Assembly: GCF_000007185.1 (NCBI RefSeq)
Contig: NC_003551.1
Location: 300,001 to 332,000, forward strand
DNA: 32,000 bases
Reading direction: 5' to 3'
From: Methanopyrus kandleri AV19
GTDB taxonomy: Archaea > JAADCQ01 > Methanopyri > Methanopyrales > Methanopyraceae
In this document: positions 1 through 10,330 of the stretch, piece by piece
Position numbering within the stretch: position 1 is the stretch's first letter
How the letters are laid out: each line of letters begins with the position of its first letter
The notes under the pieces: generated by a model
The model's database searches: none
Told to the model about the DNA's origin: nothing
The model's input: the letters and a program-made list of their open reading frames with translations, nothing else
Made by a program: the position numbers and the translations under genes

Positions 1-1078
1 CTTGACGCCGGGAGGCGCGCGCAGGATCCACCCGGGTACCCCGTAGACGCGCTCGACCTTCGGGCTTCGGGGCATCCCGAGGAGCTCCAGGTAGCGGGCG
101 AAGGCGCGCGAGTGCACGTGGAGCTCGACCATGTCCTTCGTGTCCCACCGTCTGAGACCCGTCCCGACGCCGAGCGTGGCGAGGTCGTCGGCGAGGTCAC
201 GGAGACCCTCGGGTTCGCCGGCGAAAGTCAGCCGCAGTTGTCCGTCGATCTCGTGGAGGCTACCGTCGCCGAGGGCGTACCCGAGCACGCGGGCGAGGAG
301 CGGGATCTTGTGGTCGTCGAGCGCGATCGGGAGGAGACCGCGGCGTCGGAGGTAGGTCCCCTGTCGGTCCGGGAGCCCGGGATCCCGGAGGACGGGTTCA
401 GGCGGGTCGGAGACCGGTTCGGCCCGGAGTCGCTCGATCCGATGGTCCAGTCGGGTCCCGAGACGGTGGGCCTCGCGCCGCTTGCGGGTGTGGTACGGGA
501 ACCCGACGTCGGTGAGGAACCCGTGGACGTGGGTGTCCCCGTCGATATGGAGATGGGTGCGGAGGTACTCGCGTCCGGAGGGGCCGGTGGCGACGGCGTG
601 GACCCCGAGGGTCACCAGGAGGTCCAGGACGTCCCGCATGAAGGCCGCGAGCCCGTCCCGGTGGCGGGCGGGTGAGGTCATCGTCAGGGTGACGCGCGGC
701 GTGGTCGGGGGAGCTGTCGGCGATGGAGGCCCGGGCGTCGAAGAGACCGGAGAGGTAGGCGGCCTTGAGGTGGGTCGGGACGCGGTGAACGGCGTCGGGA
801 ACCCTCGGTCCGGTCTCGCGTCGGGGGCCGAGGGGGAGGCCGAGCCGGAGGAGCTCGTCGGCGACAGTCTTGGAGTCGATCTTGAGGGCTCGGGGTTCCG
901 TCTGGTGGGCGATGTCCAGGGCGCGGAGGTCCCGTCGTAGTCCCTCGAGGGCTCCGGGGTCCACGGCGATGCGCACGCGGCGGACGGTGGTGTTCCGGTC
1001 CCGACGGCGGTACTCGGTGATGGAGCCGCGGGCGGAGACGTAACCCAACACGCGAAACAGTTCGGGGTTGTGTTCCAT
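1..1078 (-). pseudogene. LAGLIDADG-type (homing endonuclease/intein-like) protein, frameshifted; runs off the left edge
   Basis: Minus strand has LAGLIDADG-like helices 'RVLGYVSARGSI', 'YLSGLFDARASI' and 'RVLGYALGDGSLHE'. The first frame (1078..398) loses homology near 700 and a second frame continues open to base 1 ('RVTLTMTSPARHRDGLAAFMRDVLDLLVTLGVHAVATG...VERVYGVPGWILRAPPGVK'). Confidence 0.65.
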
Positions 1079-1350
1079 TCCGATGATGCCCGAGCAGTCG
1101 TTCGAGTACCAATGGGTTACCGTGTACGTTCTCGGTTTGCGATAGAAATCATACCGTGCTCGGTGTCAGTGTTAACGTGATGGTGGACGTTTACTTCATT
1201 CCGGAACGTTATCACATCCCGATTCGGGCGTGGTGTGAGCCGTCCGTACTCGGGGGGCGTGAGAAGAGCACTAGTGGCCGCGATTGTCCTGACCACGGAG
1301 GAAGAGCTCGGAGAAACCGACTAAACACCACCGCGACCGGCCGCGGTCCC

Positions 1351-1841
1351 TCACGGGCCCGACCAGGACCGCCCGAACGCGTTCCAGGCCCAAGCCTCAC
1401 CCGGCCGTACCCGACGTAGCACGTCGCCCACCCGTTCCCCGCAGAGCAGCGCCGTCCTCGCGCCCACCACGCGCCAGTCCCGACCCAGCACATCCAGCCG
1501 GGGCGTAGCTACTCCAGGACCCCCGAGCGATGCCAGCTCCTCCACGACCCAGCCCGCATCACCGTCCGACAACCGAACCCCGGACTCCCCGACAGTGCCC
1601 GCCGAACCCCCTCAGCGACCACCTCAGCCCGGGTCTCGTCCAACAGCAGCACGACCGGGTCGTTTCCCACCTGCTCCACCAACAGGCTCGCCGGGGACAG
1701 CTCCATCCCGAGCAACCGATCCGACTCAGGCTCCAGCGCCTGCAGCACCGCATCCAGCACCAGCCAGGCCCCGCCCGGCACCTTTCCGTACGCCTCCACC
1801 AGCGTCGGCTCCAAGTGCACGCGGGTCAAAAACACCTGAGG
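1351..1841 (-). pseudogene. Degraded hypothetical protein (two frames)
   Basis: Protein-like stretch 'VHLEPTLVEAYGKVPGGAWLVLDAVLQALEPESDRLLGMELSPASLLVEQVGNDPVVLLLDETRAEVVAEGVRRALS' switches frame near 1570 to 'SDGDAGWVVEELASLGGPGVATPRLDVLGRDWRVVG...'. Confidence 0.35.
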
Positions 1842-2069
1842 TCACCCTGAGCCCCCCACCCGGCCCGACTAATAAGCACCCACATTCACGTCCGAGCCGC
1901 GGGCCGGCAGGCGTTTCCGAATCACATAATCAGATTTCCTAAAAGCGGCCCGCGAGCGCCCGCACCCCCACACCGGCAGCCTGATCCCCCCACCGGCCGC
2001 GTCGATCCAGGGCGATCGAATGCTTGTGTTAGCCTGCCTGCTGCTCGGACTGGCCGCCCCACCACGGCG

Positions 2070-3208
2070 ACCCACGCGTTAGACCTGCCCGTTGACCCCA
2101 CGCTGGGCGCGGGCAAACTACTCCTCCGCTACCACCCCGGGAATGATGGTCACTGGCTCGCCAGCGTGTACTATACCCCACCCCGCGGCCGCCCCGCCGC
2201 GTACCACGTGCAGGGCAACGTGGCCGGCACCCCGATACACGAGGACGGGCGCGCGACCCACCCACGCGAATCGCGACCGTGAGCGTGGACGCGCACGCGC
2301 CCGAACTCACCCACTTCCTCGAACCACTGAAACTCGAACATCACCTACCTCAACTGGACCCACCTCCACTTCCCCGACCGCGACCTCGACCAGCACGTGA
2401 CCACCCAGCAGAACGGAAAGCCGATAACCCTACAACCATTCACCATTCCGCGACTCCCATTTCGTGCGCGCCGACCTCACCGGCACGGACTACGGACCGT
2501 ACCACACGCCCTACACCCGGCTCGCGCCCGGAGCCACGCTCGACTTCACCCTCGACGTGACCGCGGACCGCTCTCCGGGCAGCTTCTGATCGCCCGACGA
2601 GTACTCTTCCCCTACCCACCCGTGCCCACCACCCTCCAGGCCGAGATCGAACGCCCCACCAACTACCGCCTGAACGGGAAGCAGGTATCGTTCTGGGTCC
2701 CCGCCCCGGATGTGAAGTACGAGGTGCGGAGCATGGTGAAAGCGAACGGTCAGCTCTCGTTCCAGCACGTGCAGGGTGTGAGCGAGCGGCAGGGGATCGT
2801 CACGGTCGAGCTGCAAGGCGACCCGGAGTTCGTGGGAGTCCTCCTCAGGCAACCACCGCGCGTGGCGTACGGGGTGCGAGACCGAGTACGACTCTCGCTG
2901 CGCGGTCGTGGGCCGGCCGCCCGGGGTGTAAAGGTGTCCTGGCGTGCGGACGGTGAGCGGACGCGGATCGAGTTGAGTGGTAGTGGGCGCGTTCTCCTTG
3001 GGCTGATCCTGGACGGTGGAGCGATGGACGTGCGCGTGGATGGTGGTAGCGTGCTCGAGACGGGACCCTGCCGAGCGGGCGGGGTTACGCGATCGTGGAC
3101 GTGGGTGTCGTGAGCAGGGAGCGCGTGCTGGTCGTGCACTCCACCTCGCGCGTGGTGGACGTGCTCGCGCGCGTGGTGCCCGCACCGAGCGAGGGCGGGG
3201 TGCGGTAG
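2070..3208 (+). pseudogene. Degraded surface/extracellular beta-rich protein
   Basis: Successive frames carry 'LDLPVDPTLGAGKLLLRYHPGNDGHWLASVYYTPP', 'RDSHFVRADLTGTDYGPYHTPYTRLAPGATLDFTLDVTADRSPGSF', 'NYRLNGKQVSFWVPAPDVKYEVRSMVKANGQLSFQHVQGVSERQGIVTVELQGDP' and 'ERVLVVHSTSRVVDVLARVVPAPSEGGVR*', with stops/frameshifts between them. Confidence 0.4.
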
Positions 3209-3209
3209 G

Positions 3210-3731
3210 TTGCTCCTCCCCGCCCTACTCACGCTCCTTCTCCTCCCGGGGCCGGTCGCGGGCGCCCCGGTTGATCACGCGGTCGATCTCCCGTCGGAGG
3301 GCTCGGTGAGTGGTGGTGACTTGGATCGGGAGTGCGTGGAGGCAGTGCTCGATTCGTGCTCGTCGGTGCGGTGGTGCGTGGTGCGGGCGCCGGGGGTCGA
3401 GGAGGGTGCCGTGTTCGAGCGTTGTGGTGAGCGGTGGGTTGAGGTGGGTTCCGGGGATTGTCCGGGACGGTGCGGTGTGCTGCTGCGTGGGCTGGACGCG
3501 GCCCGGGTGTCTTGGGCGAGCGGCACGCTGCGCGTGTCGGGGCCGGTGGGGGCGAGCGCGTGGTTGCTGGTCCCGGACCCGCGAGGTTTGAGGGTTGGTG
3601 GGACGTTCCTGCAGGGTGGTGCGTATCCCGAGGGTGCGGGTGTGTTTCGAGATCGGAGGGTGAGCGTGCGGCGGGGTCGGTCCCGGTGTCCTGGTCGCTG
3701 CCGGCTCGGGTGGCTCGCGAGTCGGTGGTGA
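3210..3731 (+). CDS. Putative secreted protein, possibly degraded at the C-terminus
   Basis: ORF begins with a signal-peptide-like segment 'MLLPALLTLLLLPGPVAGAP' followed by a polar Cys-containing region. The C-terminus becomes Arg/Gly-rich and frame-shift-like. Confidence 0.35.
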   Translation: MLLPALLTLLLLPGPVAGAPVDHAVDLPSEGSVSGGDLDRECVEAVLDSCSSVRWCVVRAPGVEEGAVFERCGERWVEVGSGDCPGRCGVLLRGLDAARVSWASGTLRVSGPVGASAWLLVPDPRGLRVGGTFLQGGAYPEGAGVFRDRRVSVRRGRSRCPGRCRLGWLASRW

Positions 3732-4036
3732 GCGTGGTGTGGTATCGGAGGTTCGCCCGGTTCGAATGGTCGGACTGGGTGGCGCACACGTGGGACGGGG
3801 CCTCGGGGCGTCGCTCGTCCCAGAGGAGGCGGTCGTCACGGGGAATCCCGGTGCTAGTGGTCCCGCCGCTCGTGCGGGGGCGGCGGGCTTGACCCGGGAA
3901 ATGTCGTGCAGATCGTAACGATAGAGCGTTTCGGCGCGAAAATCTTTAACGCGGAGGGCTAGGTTCGATCTGATCGCCTGCTTTCCGACCTGCTTACTTG
4001 CTTAAAAAGCCACAAAAACTAACCTGAACTACAAGG

Positions 4037-4050
4037 GTCTTTATAAGGAG
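4037..4050 (+). promoter_or_regulatory. Candidate archaeal TATA box upstream of the fdhC-like gene
   Basis: 'gtctttataaggag' about 70 bp before the TTG start at 4117. Confidence 0.45.
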
Positions 4051-4116
4051 CGAAATAGAGCGGATGGGAAAGCATTATTCTTCAAACGCGACCACCTGGT
4101 ACCTGGGGCATCCGCG

Positions 4117-5175
4117 TTGGCCGGTGAGAACGAGTCTAAGGAGGCTGAAAAGCGTGAGGAGCTAATCTTGTACGGCGTTCACTCCACCTTTGAGGACGTG
4201 GCGAAGGCGGCAATCCCGAAGTTCCGGACGACGCCGGGTCGGCTGCTGTTCGCGGGCTTCATGGCGGGTGCATTTATTGCTTTTGGTTTTACCCTGGCGA
4301 CCGTTGCGGCCTGCGTGGCGAAGTGTCCGCCCTACGTCATGGGTGGCACGTTCAACAAGCCGCTGTTCAAGCTCCTGCTCGGTGCCGTCTTCCCCATGGG
4401 CCTGATTGCGGTCGTCATCGCGGGCGCCGACCTCTGGACCGGTAACGTGCAGGCGCTCAGCTCGGCCAAGGGAATGGGGTACGCGGACTGGCGGAACGTG
4501 ATCTACAACTGGTTCGGCAGCTACGGCGGGAACTTCATTGGGTCCATCTTCCTGGCGCTCATGGCGATCCCGCTCACCGGGCTCTTCGGCAAGGTCGGTG
4601 CCCCCAACCTCTTCGGCCAAACCGCCATCGAGATCGCCAAGGCCAAGGTCGCTAAGGATCCCATCTCCCTGTTCTTCCTGGGTATCGGATGTAACTGGCT
4701 GGTGAACCTCGCCGTCTGGCAGGCAGCGCGCGTCAAGGACGGTGCAGGCAAGATCCTCGCGATCTGATTCCCGATCTTCGCCTTCGTCGCCATCGGATAC
4801 GAGCACGCCATCGCCAACATGTGGGTCATCCCGACGGGCATCATCGCCAGCCACTACAAGATAACCTGGAGCCAGTTCTTCCACAACCTCATGCCCGTGA
4901 CCCTCGGCAACGCCGTCGGCGGGTTCCTCTTCGTGCCGTTCTACTACTGGTACCTCAGCCACCCCGAGCTGAGCACCAAGCGGGTCTACAAGGAGCTCCT
5001 CGACTTCGTCGCCGTGACCATCCTGTTCTTCATACTCGCGACCCTCATCCCCGCCGGCATCGCCTACGGCCTCGACGCCGCCCTCCACAAGGCCTCCATG
5101 TACGTCGTCCCGACCGTGCTCTCCGCCTACTACGTCGCCGGCACCTTCGCCCTCCGGCGGCTCGTCAAGAAGTAA
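4117..5175 (+). pseudogene. fdhC: FdhC-type formate/nitrite transporter (FNT family) interrupted by one in-frame TGA at 4765-4767
   Basis: ORFs 4117..4767 and 4819..5175 are in the same frame. The combined product reads '...FFLGIGCNWLVNLAVWQAARVKDGAGKILAI-[TGA][25 protein letters not shown]...'; 'GxGCNWLVNLA' and 'GYEHAIANM' are FNT family signatures. Confidence 0.85.
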
Positions 5176-5399
5176 CGCCCTCACCTCCACCGCCTTTTCT
5201 TGCCCGAATCGTTACGAGAATTAAAACAATACCATGTCGGTACGGGATTGCCACCCACCTTGTAACCACGCACACTGGGCCAATAAGCGAGCGTGCCCCT
5301 GACCACCTCGCAGAGCCGCAGAGTGGATTCGTATGCTTCTCATCCTCCACGAGGCTTGTAAGTCAAGCCAAGGGATCATAGACTTGTGAGATGGAATCA

Positions 5400-6780
5400 A
5401 CATAGATTCGCCATCTAAACCCCTGATCCATTATCCTTCGATCCCTGAGCCTGTTGACTCTCATACCGCGAACTCCCGGACAGCGAATGTCGGAAATCAA
5501 ACGTCCAGCTTGGTACTCGATCAAGTAAGCTCGAGAGCATGCGAGAGAAGTAACGGGTAGCTGAAATTCAGCATCCGCAACGCCGTTTACGACAACATCG
5601 AGTGAGTCCTGCCAATTGGATCGGTCAAGCTCGTTGGCGTTGTCACTGAAGGTCAATCACATGCTGCAATGAACATTCATTCATATGATGGCGGCCATAG
5701 CTCTCGCGGATTTTTATTTATGGGGTGTTATTTAGTCCCTCCTTAGCTTCCATGATTTTTTGAGTACTTTGAAAGCTTTGAATATAATTGTCCGTACATA
5801 GCGATTACTGGAGTGTAAACAATACACTCCTCTTCTTTATCATCTTCTAACACGTCTTGAATGTTCTCAGTGAGGTCCTCGACATCTTCAGACTAGCCTA
5901 ATTTACGTATTGCTTCCTTACACTCTCGAACATGTTTCGCGAAATGTCTTGTGACGTTTGGTAGATTTCCCATTTTCGATACCTTGTTTAGTACCTAGTT
6001 AACTTCTCTGCAGGAATCCTGCTCTCTTTACTCAGTCTTCTATTCAAAAATGGCATCACTTTCATCGCTTCCTTTTTAGCCTACTCTGCGGCCACCTTAA
6101 CGTACTCTCTTGCCAGTTCTGCCAGCTTTTTGCCATCATTAGCATTCAAATTCTGGGAATTCAAGAGTAACACCACCTCTATGTGCCTTATTCACACCGT
6201 TGGATCGATTCCAACACAGTGACGGGAATCGGTTCGCAGCCGCCCGTCTACACCCTCAAGAGGAAGTTGACATAAACTTTTCGTAAGGAACGGAACACAC
6301 GCTGGGAAGTTGCCCCGGTAAGTGGTATGGATTGAGTAAATGACATAGACATAGCGTCTTGGGTAAGTTAGTAAGCGAAGACGAAACCTACTGCATCTTT
6401 GTCCAGGATTGTCCAGAAGTGAGCGCACTGCGACCGGTCGATGCTGTAAGAGGAGGAATATATCCTTCCCATTCGTACCGTCTAGATGGAAACTTTTGCT
6501 CGACCTCGCCTTCCAGTTGCACTTATCTCAACATATCCTTTTGCACTTTTGATGGCCTCACGGCTGGATCGGACCCTCAGCAAATTCCACGAGATACAAC
6601 AGGAGCAGAAACGCGTTTACATCCCCTGAGTCCGAGTATCGAGAGCGGGTCGTGGTACACTCACCGGAACGATCACCTCTTTAGGTCCAGTGGAGAGTTC
6701 TGGGCCCGGGAATCAATCCCCTACTTTTGATCCCTTACCCATACATTTCGTCCAGACACATACTGGTTACAACGATTAAG
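5400..6780. other. Lower-GC island without intact genes; possible decayed insertion element
   Basis: Visibly AT-richer than its surroundings and only short ORFs. Minus-strand fragments such as 'AHFWTILDKDAVGFVFAYLLTQD', 'WTGGCEPIPVTVLESIQRC' and 'NSQNLNANDGKKLAELAREYVKVAAE*AKKEAMKVMPF' look like broken protein segments. Family assignment is weak. Confidence 0.25.
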
Positions 6781-6789
6781 GGTTGAGGG

Positions 6790-7848
6790 ATGGCCATGCC
6801 CGTCGTCCTCCGCCCGCTCGACCCATGGTGCGGGACGGTGGTCGACTGTCACGATGAGAGCGGGGAGCGCCTCACTCGCGTCTTCGTGGACGTGACCGAC
6901 GTCAAGAGGTCGCAGGTCAAGCGGGCGGACGCGGTTATCGTCACGCACCCGTACCGGGACCACTACGGCGGGGTTCCGAGGACGGGCCCGGAGGTCGTGT
7001 ACTCGGACGAGGTGACGGCCGCCCTGCTCGAGCTGGAGGGGGTCGACCCCGGGCGCCTCGAGCGCGTGAAGAGGTGTTTCGAAGTCGGGGTATTCGTCGT
7101 TGAGACGTACCCGATCAACCACGCGGTCCCGGAGGCGCGGGCGGTCCTGCTGGAGGCGGACGCCCGGGCGCTGATCACGGGTGACTGGTGCGCGCTGGGT
7201 GAGCACCCGCCGCTGTAGGAGCAGGTGGACGACGAGGTGGACGTGCTCGTGACCGAGTTCACCCGGGCCGCCTCCGTCCATCCGGACGACCTGGAGACGG
7301 CCAAGGCCCGGCTGCAGCGGCTCCTTGAGCTGCATCGGGACGAGCGCGTGGTGCTCCTGCTCAACCCCGTGAACCCGCTCGTCGGGGCCGCCGCCGAGGT
7401 GGAGACCGTGCACGTGTCTCGGTGAGATGAGCACGCGGTCAACGTGATCCGGCGGGCCGGGGCGCACCCCGGGGGGCCGACGTGGTGTTCACCGACCGGC
7501 CCCGGTACCCGCTCCTCCTCTCGGACCCCCGGCTGATCGAGGAGCGCCTCCCGAAGGAGCCCAAGGTCGTGATCACGGAGCGCTGGTTCCTGTACCGGAG
7601 CAGAAAGGTCATGCGGGAGCTGGAGCGGTCGGTCCCGTACTACTACGTGGTCTCCGAGACGGGACATGCTACCGAGTCGGAGATCCGGCGGCTGGTCGAG
7701 GAGCTGCGACCCCGGCACGTCATCCTCAGGCACGGGCCCCTACCGTCGAGGGCCGTAGTCACCGGGAGCTGGTTCGGCCGCCGGGGTTCGAGGAGCTGGA
7801 CGTTCAGGTGTGGGTGAAGAAGAGAAGGGGTGGGAAGCTGACCATGTA
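6790..7848 (+). pseudogene. Metallo-beta-lactamase-fold-like hydrolase, degraded
   Basis: 'VFVDVTDVKRSQVKRADAVIVTHPYRDHYGGVPR' (HxxxDH-like), '...ARALITGDWCALGEHPPL', in-frame TAG 7216-7218, then same-frame '...EQVDDEVDVLVTEFTRAASVHPDDL'. A later frame gives 'VVFTDRPRYPLLLSDPRLIEERLPKEPKVVITERWFLYRSRKVMRELERSVPYYYVVSETGHATESEIRRLVEELRPRHVILRHG'. Another shift near 7787 gives 'FEELDVQVWVKKRRGGKLTM*'. Confidence 0.6.
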
Positions 7849-7990
7849 GGACGGGCAGTTGGGAGGTGCGTCTTCGGGCCGCGGCTTACTCAACTTTGCT
7901 TGACCAAAAATAACCGATTTATATATTTATCCCCCCACATTTGGTACGAGTATCGTTAATTCATCGAACTTATACGTAGCCCGGAAGGGG

Positions 7991-8224
7991 TTGATCAATG
8001 AGGTCTACCTGGTCTTAGACGGCTGTGTCAAGGCGTACCCGTCAGAGCTCTATCTGACGTGGAGTCGCGGCGCTGTTGCCAACTTAACCAGGGAACCTAT
8101 AGAGCAGAAACCCCAGGAATGGAGCTCAATGCTGAGGTTGACGGCCGCCAAAATAGCTCCCGTCCTCAAACTCCTCTGCGTGGTCTTGCCAGCCCTCCTG
8201 GAGCTGATAAAACAGTCAACGTGA
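7991..8224 (+). CDS. Small hypothetical protein with a hydrophobic C-terminus
   Basis: 77-aa ORF from TTG preceded by 'GGAAGGGG'. TATA-like 'gatttatatatttat' lies near 7908-7922. C-terminus is 'KIAPVLKLLCVVLPALLELIKQST'. Confidence 0.3.
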   Translation: MINEVYLVLDGCVKAYPSELYLTWSRGAVANLTREPIEQKPQEWSSMLRLTAAKIAPVLKLLCVVLPALLELIKQST

Positions 8225-8343
8225 GTGGAGAGTTAGGTGGTCACCGTGCGGTCCCCTCTCAGGGCTCCCAGCAAGCGGAACTTCTCGGTGACGTTGAGCA
8301 TTTACCGCGTCGGCATTCTGCACTCCAGTGAGCCAGGTGGCGG

Positions 8344-10330
8344 CTAGTACTCGTCCAGCGTCTTCTGACCCGGGACCGGCTCGCCCAGCGCGCTCAGCAG
8401 TGACATCACCCGGCGCAACTCCCGCGGGTAGTTGTCCGGGTCCCCGTGCCGGCGTCGGGCCACCGCGGCCAGCGCCCGGGCCAGCTCCCGCACGCCGTCG
8501 GCCTTCTCCACCACGCCCTTGACAGCGTCCATTCCCTCGTTCAGCGCCCGGAGGGCCCGGTGCAGGGCGTCCACGGCTGATCTCTCGGGGTTCAGGTTCT
8601 CGTCCCGGTCCTCGAACGTCTGGAGGTAGGCGCGGCCCCGGTACCGCTCCACGAACCGCAGGTCCTCCGGGTCGACGCCCAGGACGAGGCCCAGCCGGCG
8701 CACCTCGTCCCAGTCCGGGGAGCCGGACTTCGACGGATACCCGTAGAAGGTACAGCACGTAGAAGCTGGCCTACTCGTCCAGCTCCCCAGCCTCCAGCTT
8801 CCGCAGCTCCAGGTCCAAGACGACCCGCCGGGCCTCATCCGGGACCTGGGCGGGCTCCACCTCCTCGCCCGGCTCCTCGTCCAGCACCCGCTCGTGCCCG
8901 GTGTACACCTGAAGCGCCGCCCCGTAGGCGACCACCAGCTTGTCCACTCCCTCGATCCCCAGCTCCTCCGCCCGATTCACCGCCTTCTCGACTCGATCCC
9001 GCACCTCGTCCCGGACCTCCGACCACTAGACCTCCCCGTCGCCCTCCCACGGATCGCACGCCAGGATCAACGTGTACCGGGCCGCGGCCTTATCCCGCTG
9101 GTACAGCGACCACTGCGCCTCCGTGTGCACGGGCCAGGCTGCGTTCACCCGGAAGCCCGCGTCCCGGAGGGCCCGCACGAGCGTGTCCCAAGCCCGCAGC
9201 TCCCGGTGCGTGAACATGACCGTGAGCCGGCCGTCCTTCGGCAGGCACTCCCTCATCGCCTCGAACGACTTCCGGAGCCCCTCCTCGAACTCCAGAACCG
9301 GCTCCTCCTGCCGGGCCGGGTTCGCGACCACCTCACCCTCCTTCGGAGTGAGCTCGCTCAGGAAGGCCTCGGGGAAGAGCTCCGCCACCGGACTCCGCTT
9401 CAGCTACACGTAGAAGAAGTCGGTGAGCTCGGAGTACTGGACGTTGTGTAGTAGGGTGGGTCCACGACGATCGTGTCCGGCTTCTCCTCGAGGAGTGTGG
9501 GCAGCTTCCGAGCATCCCCCAAGATGACCCGCGGCCGCTCCTTTACACCTCGAAGCAGCCGGATGAACTCCTCGTACGCCTCGAGCACGCCCTTGACCCC
9601 GAAGTCCCACCAGCCAGGTACCGCGCCCATCTCGCCGTGATCCCAGGACCACGCGTACGCGTGCTGGTCGAAGATGCCTACGACGGCGCCACGTCCGTAG
9701 TGCCATCGCGAGCAGATCGTGTTGTAGTTGATCATCTTGTCGAAAGCAATCATAGCGTACACGGTTAGCGGCTCGCGGTATTCCTCATCCAACCCCTCGC
9801 ACAACTCTCGGATAACCCCAAGCAACTCCGCGTGCACGAGCAACTGCCGCTCATTAAACAACTTGTAAAACCGATCCACACCCTTACTAAGAACCCTCTC
9901 ACTATCGTACTTCGGGATCTCCTCAGTAGGGACCAAGTCCTCCGCGACCAACTCCCCCACGACTCGAACAGGACCTCCCGCGCCCGTCCAAAATACTCCC
10001 AATCCTTATCGGAAGCCGCCCGATACTCCCGCTCCCGCCCCCGAATCCTCCACGACCGCCGCTAAGTACGCGCGCGAACGGGCAACTCCCCCGGCGGCTC
10101 ACCCTCGAACTGCCGACGAGGGCGTGCACCTGCTCGCGGCGGATCCTCGTCCCGCACCGCGGGCACGTGACCACGCCCCGACTCACCGTGCCGTTACTCG
10201 GATCGAACTCGTCCCTGACCTCCGAGTACTTCACAACATCTAACTCGACCTCGTCACCGCCCTCCGGCACGTCCGGCACGAGCGCGTAGGACCCCTCCGG
10301 GTCCAGGTGGTTGTCACGCTTCTTCAACAA
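8344..10330 (-). pseudogene. DUF1156-type adenine-specific DNA methylase, N-terminally truncated with multiple lesions
   Basis: Minus-strand fragments in order: 'YALVPDVPEGGDEVELDVVKYSEVRDEFDPSNGTVSRGVVTCPRCGTRIRREQ'; 'LSKGVDRFYKLFNERQLLVHAELLGVIRELC...MIAFDKMINYNTICSRWHYGRGAVVGIFDQHAYAWSWDHGEMGAVPGWWDFGVKGVLEAY...VDPPYY' (DPPY motif); 'NVQYSELTDFFYV*LKRSPVAELFPEAFLSELTPKEGEVVANPARQEEP...LTVMFTHRELRAWDTLVRALRDAGFRVNAAWPVHTE'; then C-terminal pieces to 8344. Frames are broken by single-base shifts and TAG codons. Confidence 0.82.

Noticed and set aside
112-675. 187-aa plus-strand ORF
   Set aside because: Antisense to the LAGLIDADG-like gene. In this GC-rich DNA, shadow ORFs are common, and the minus-strand frame has recognisable motifs.
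4162-5190. 342-aa minus-strand ORF opposite fdhC
   Set aside because: Low-complexity Glu/Asp/Arg-rich shadow of the FNT gene, with no family resemblance.
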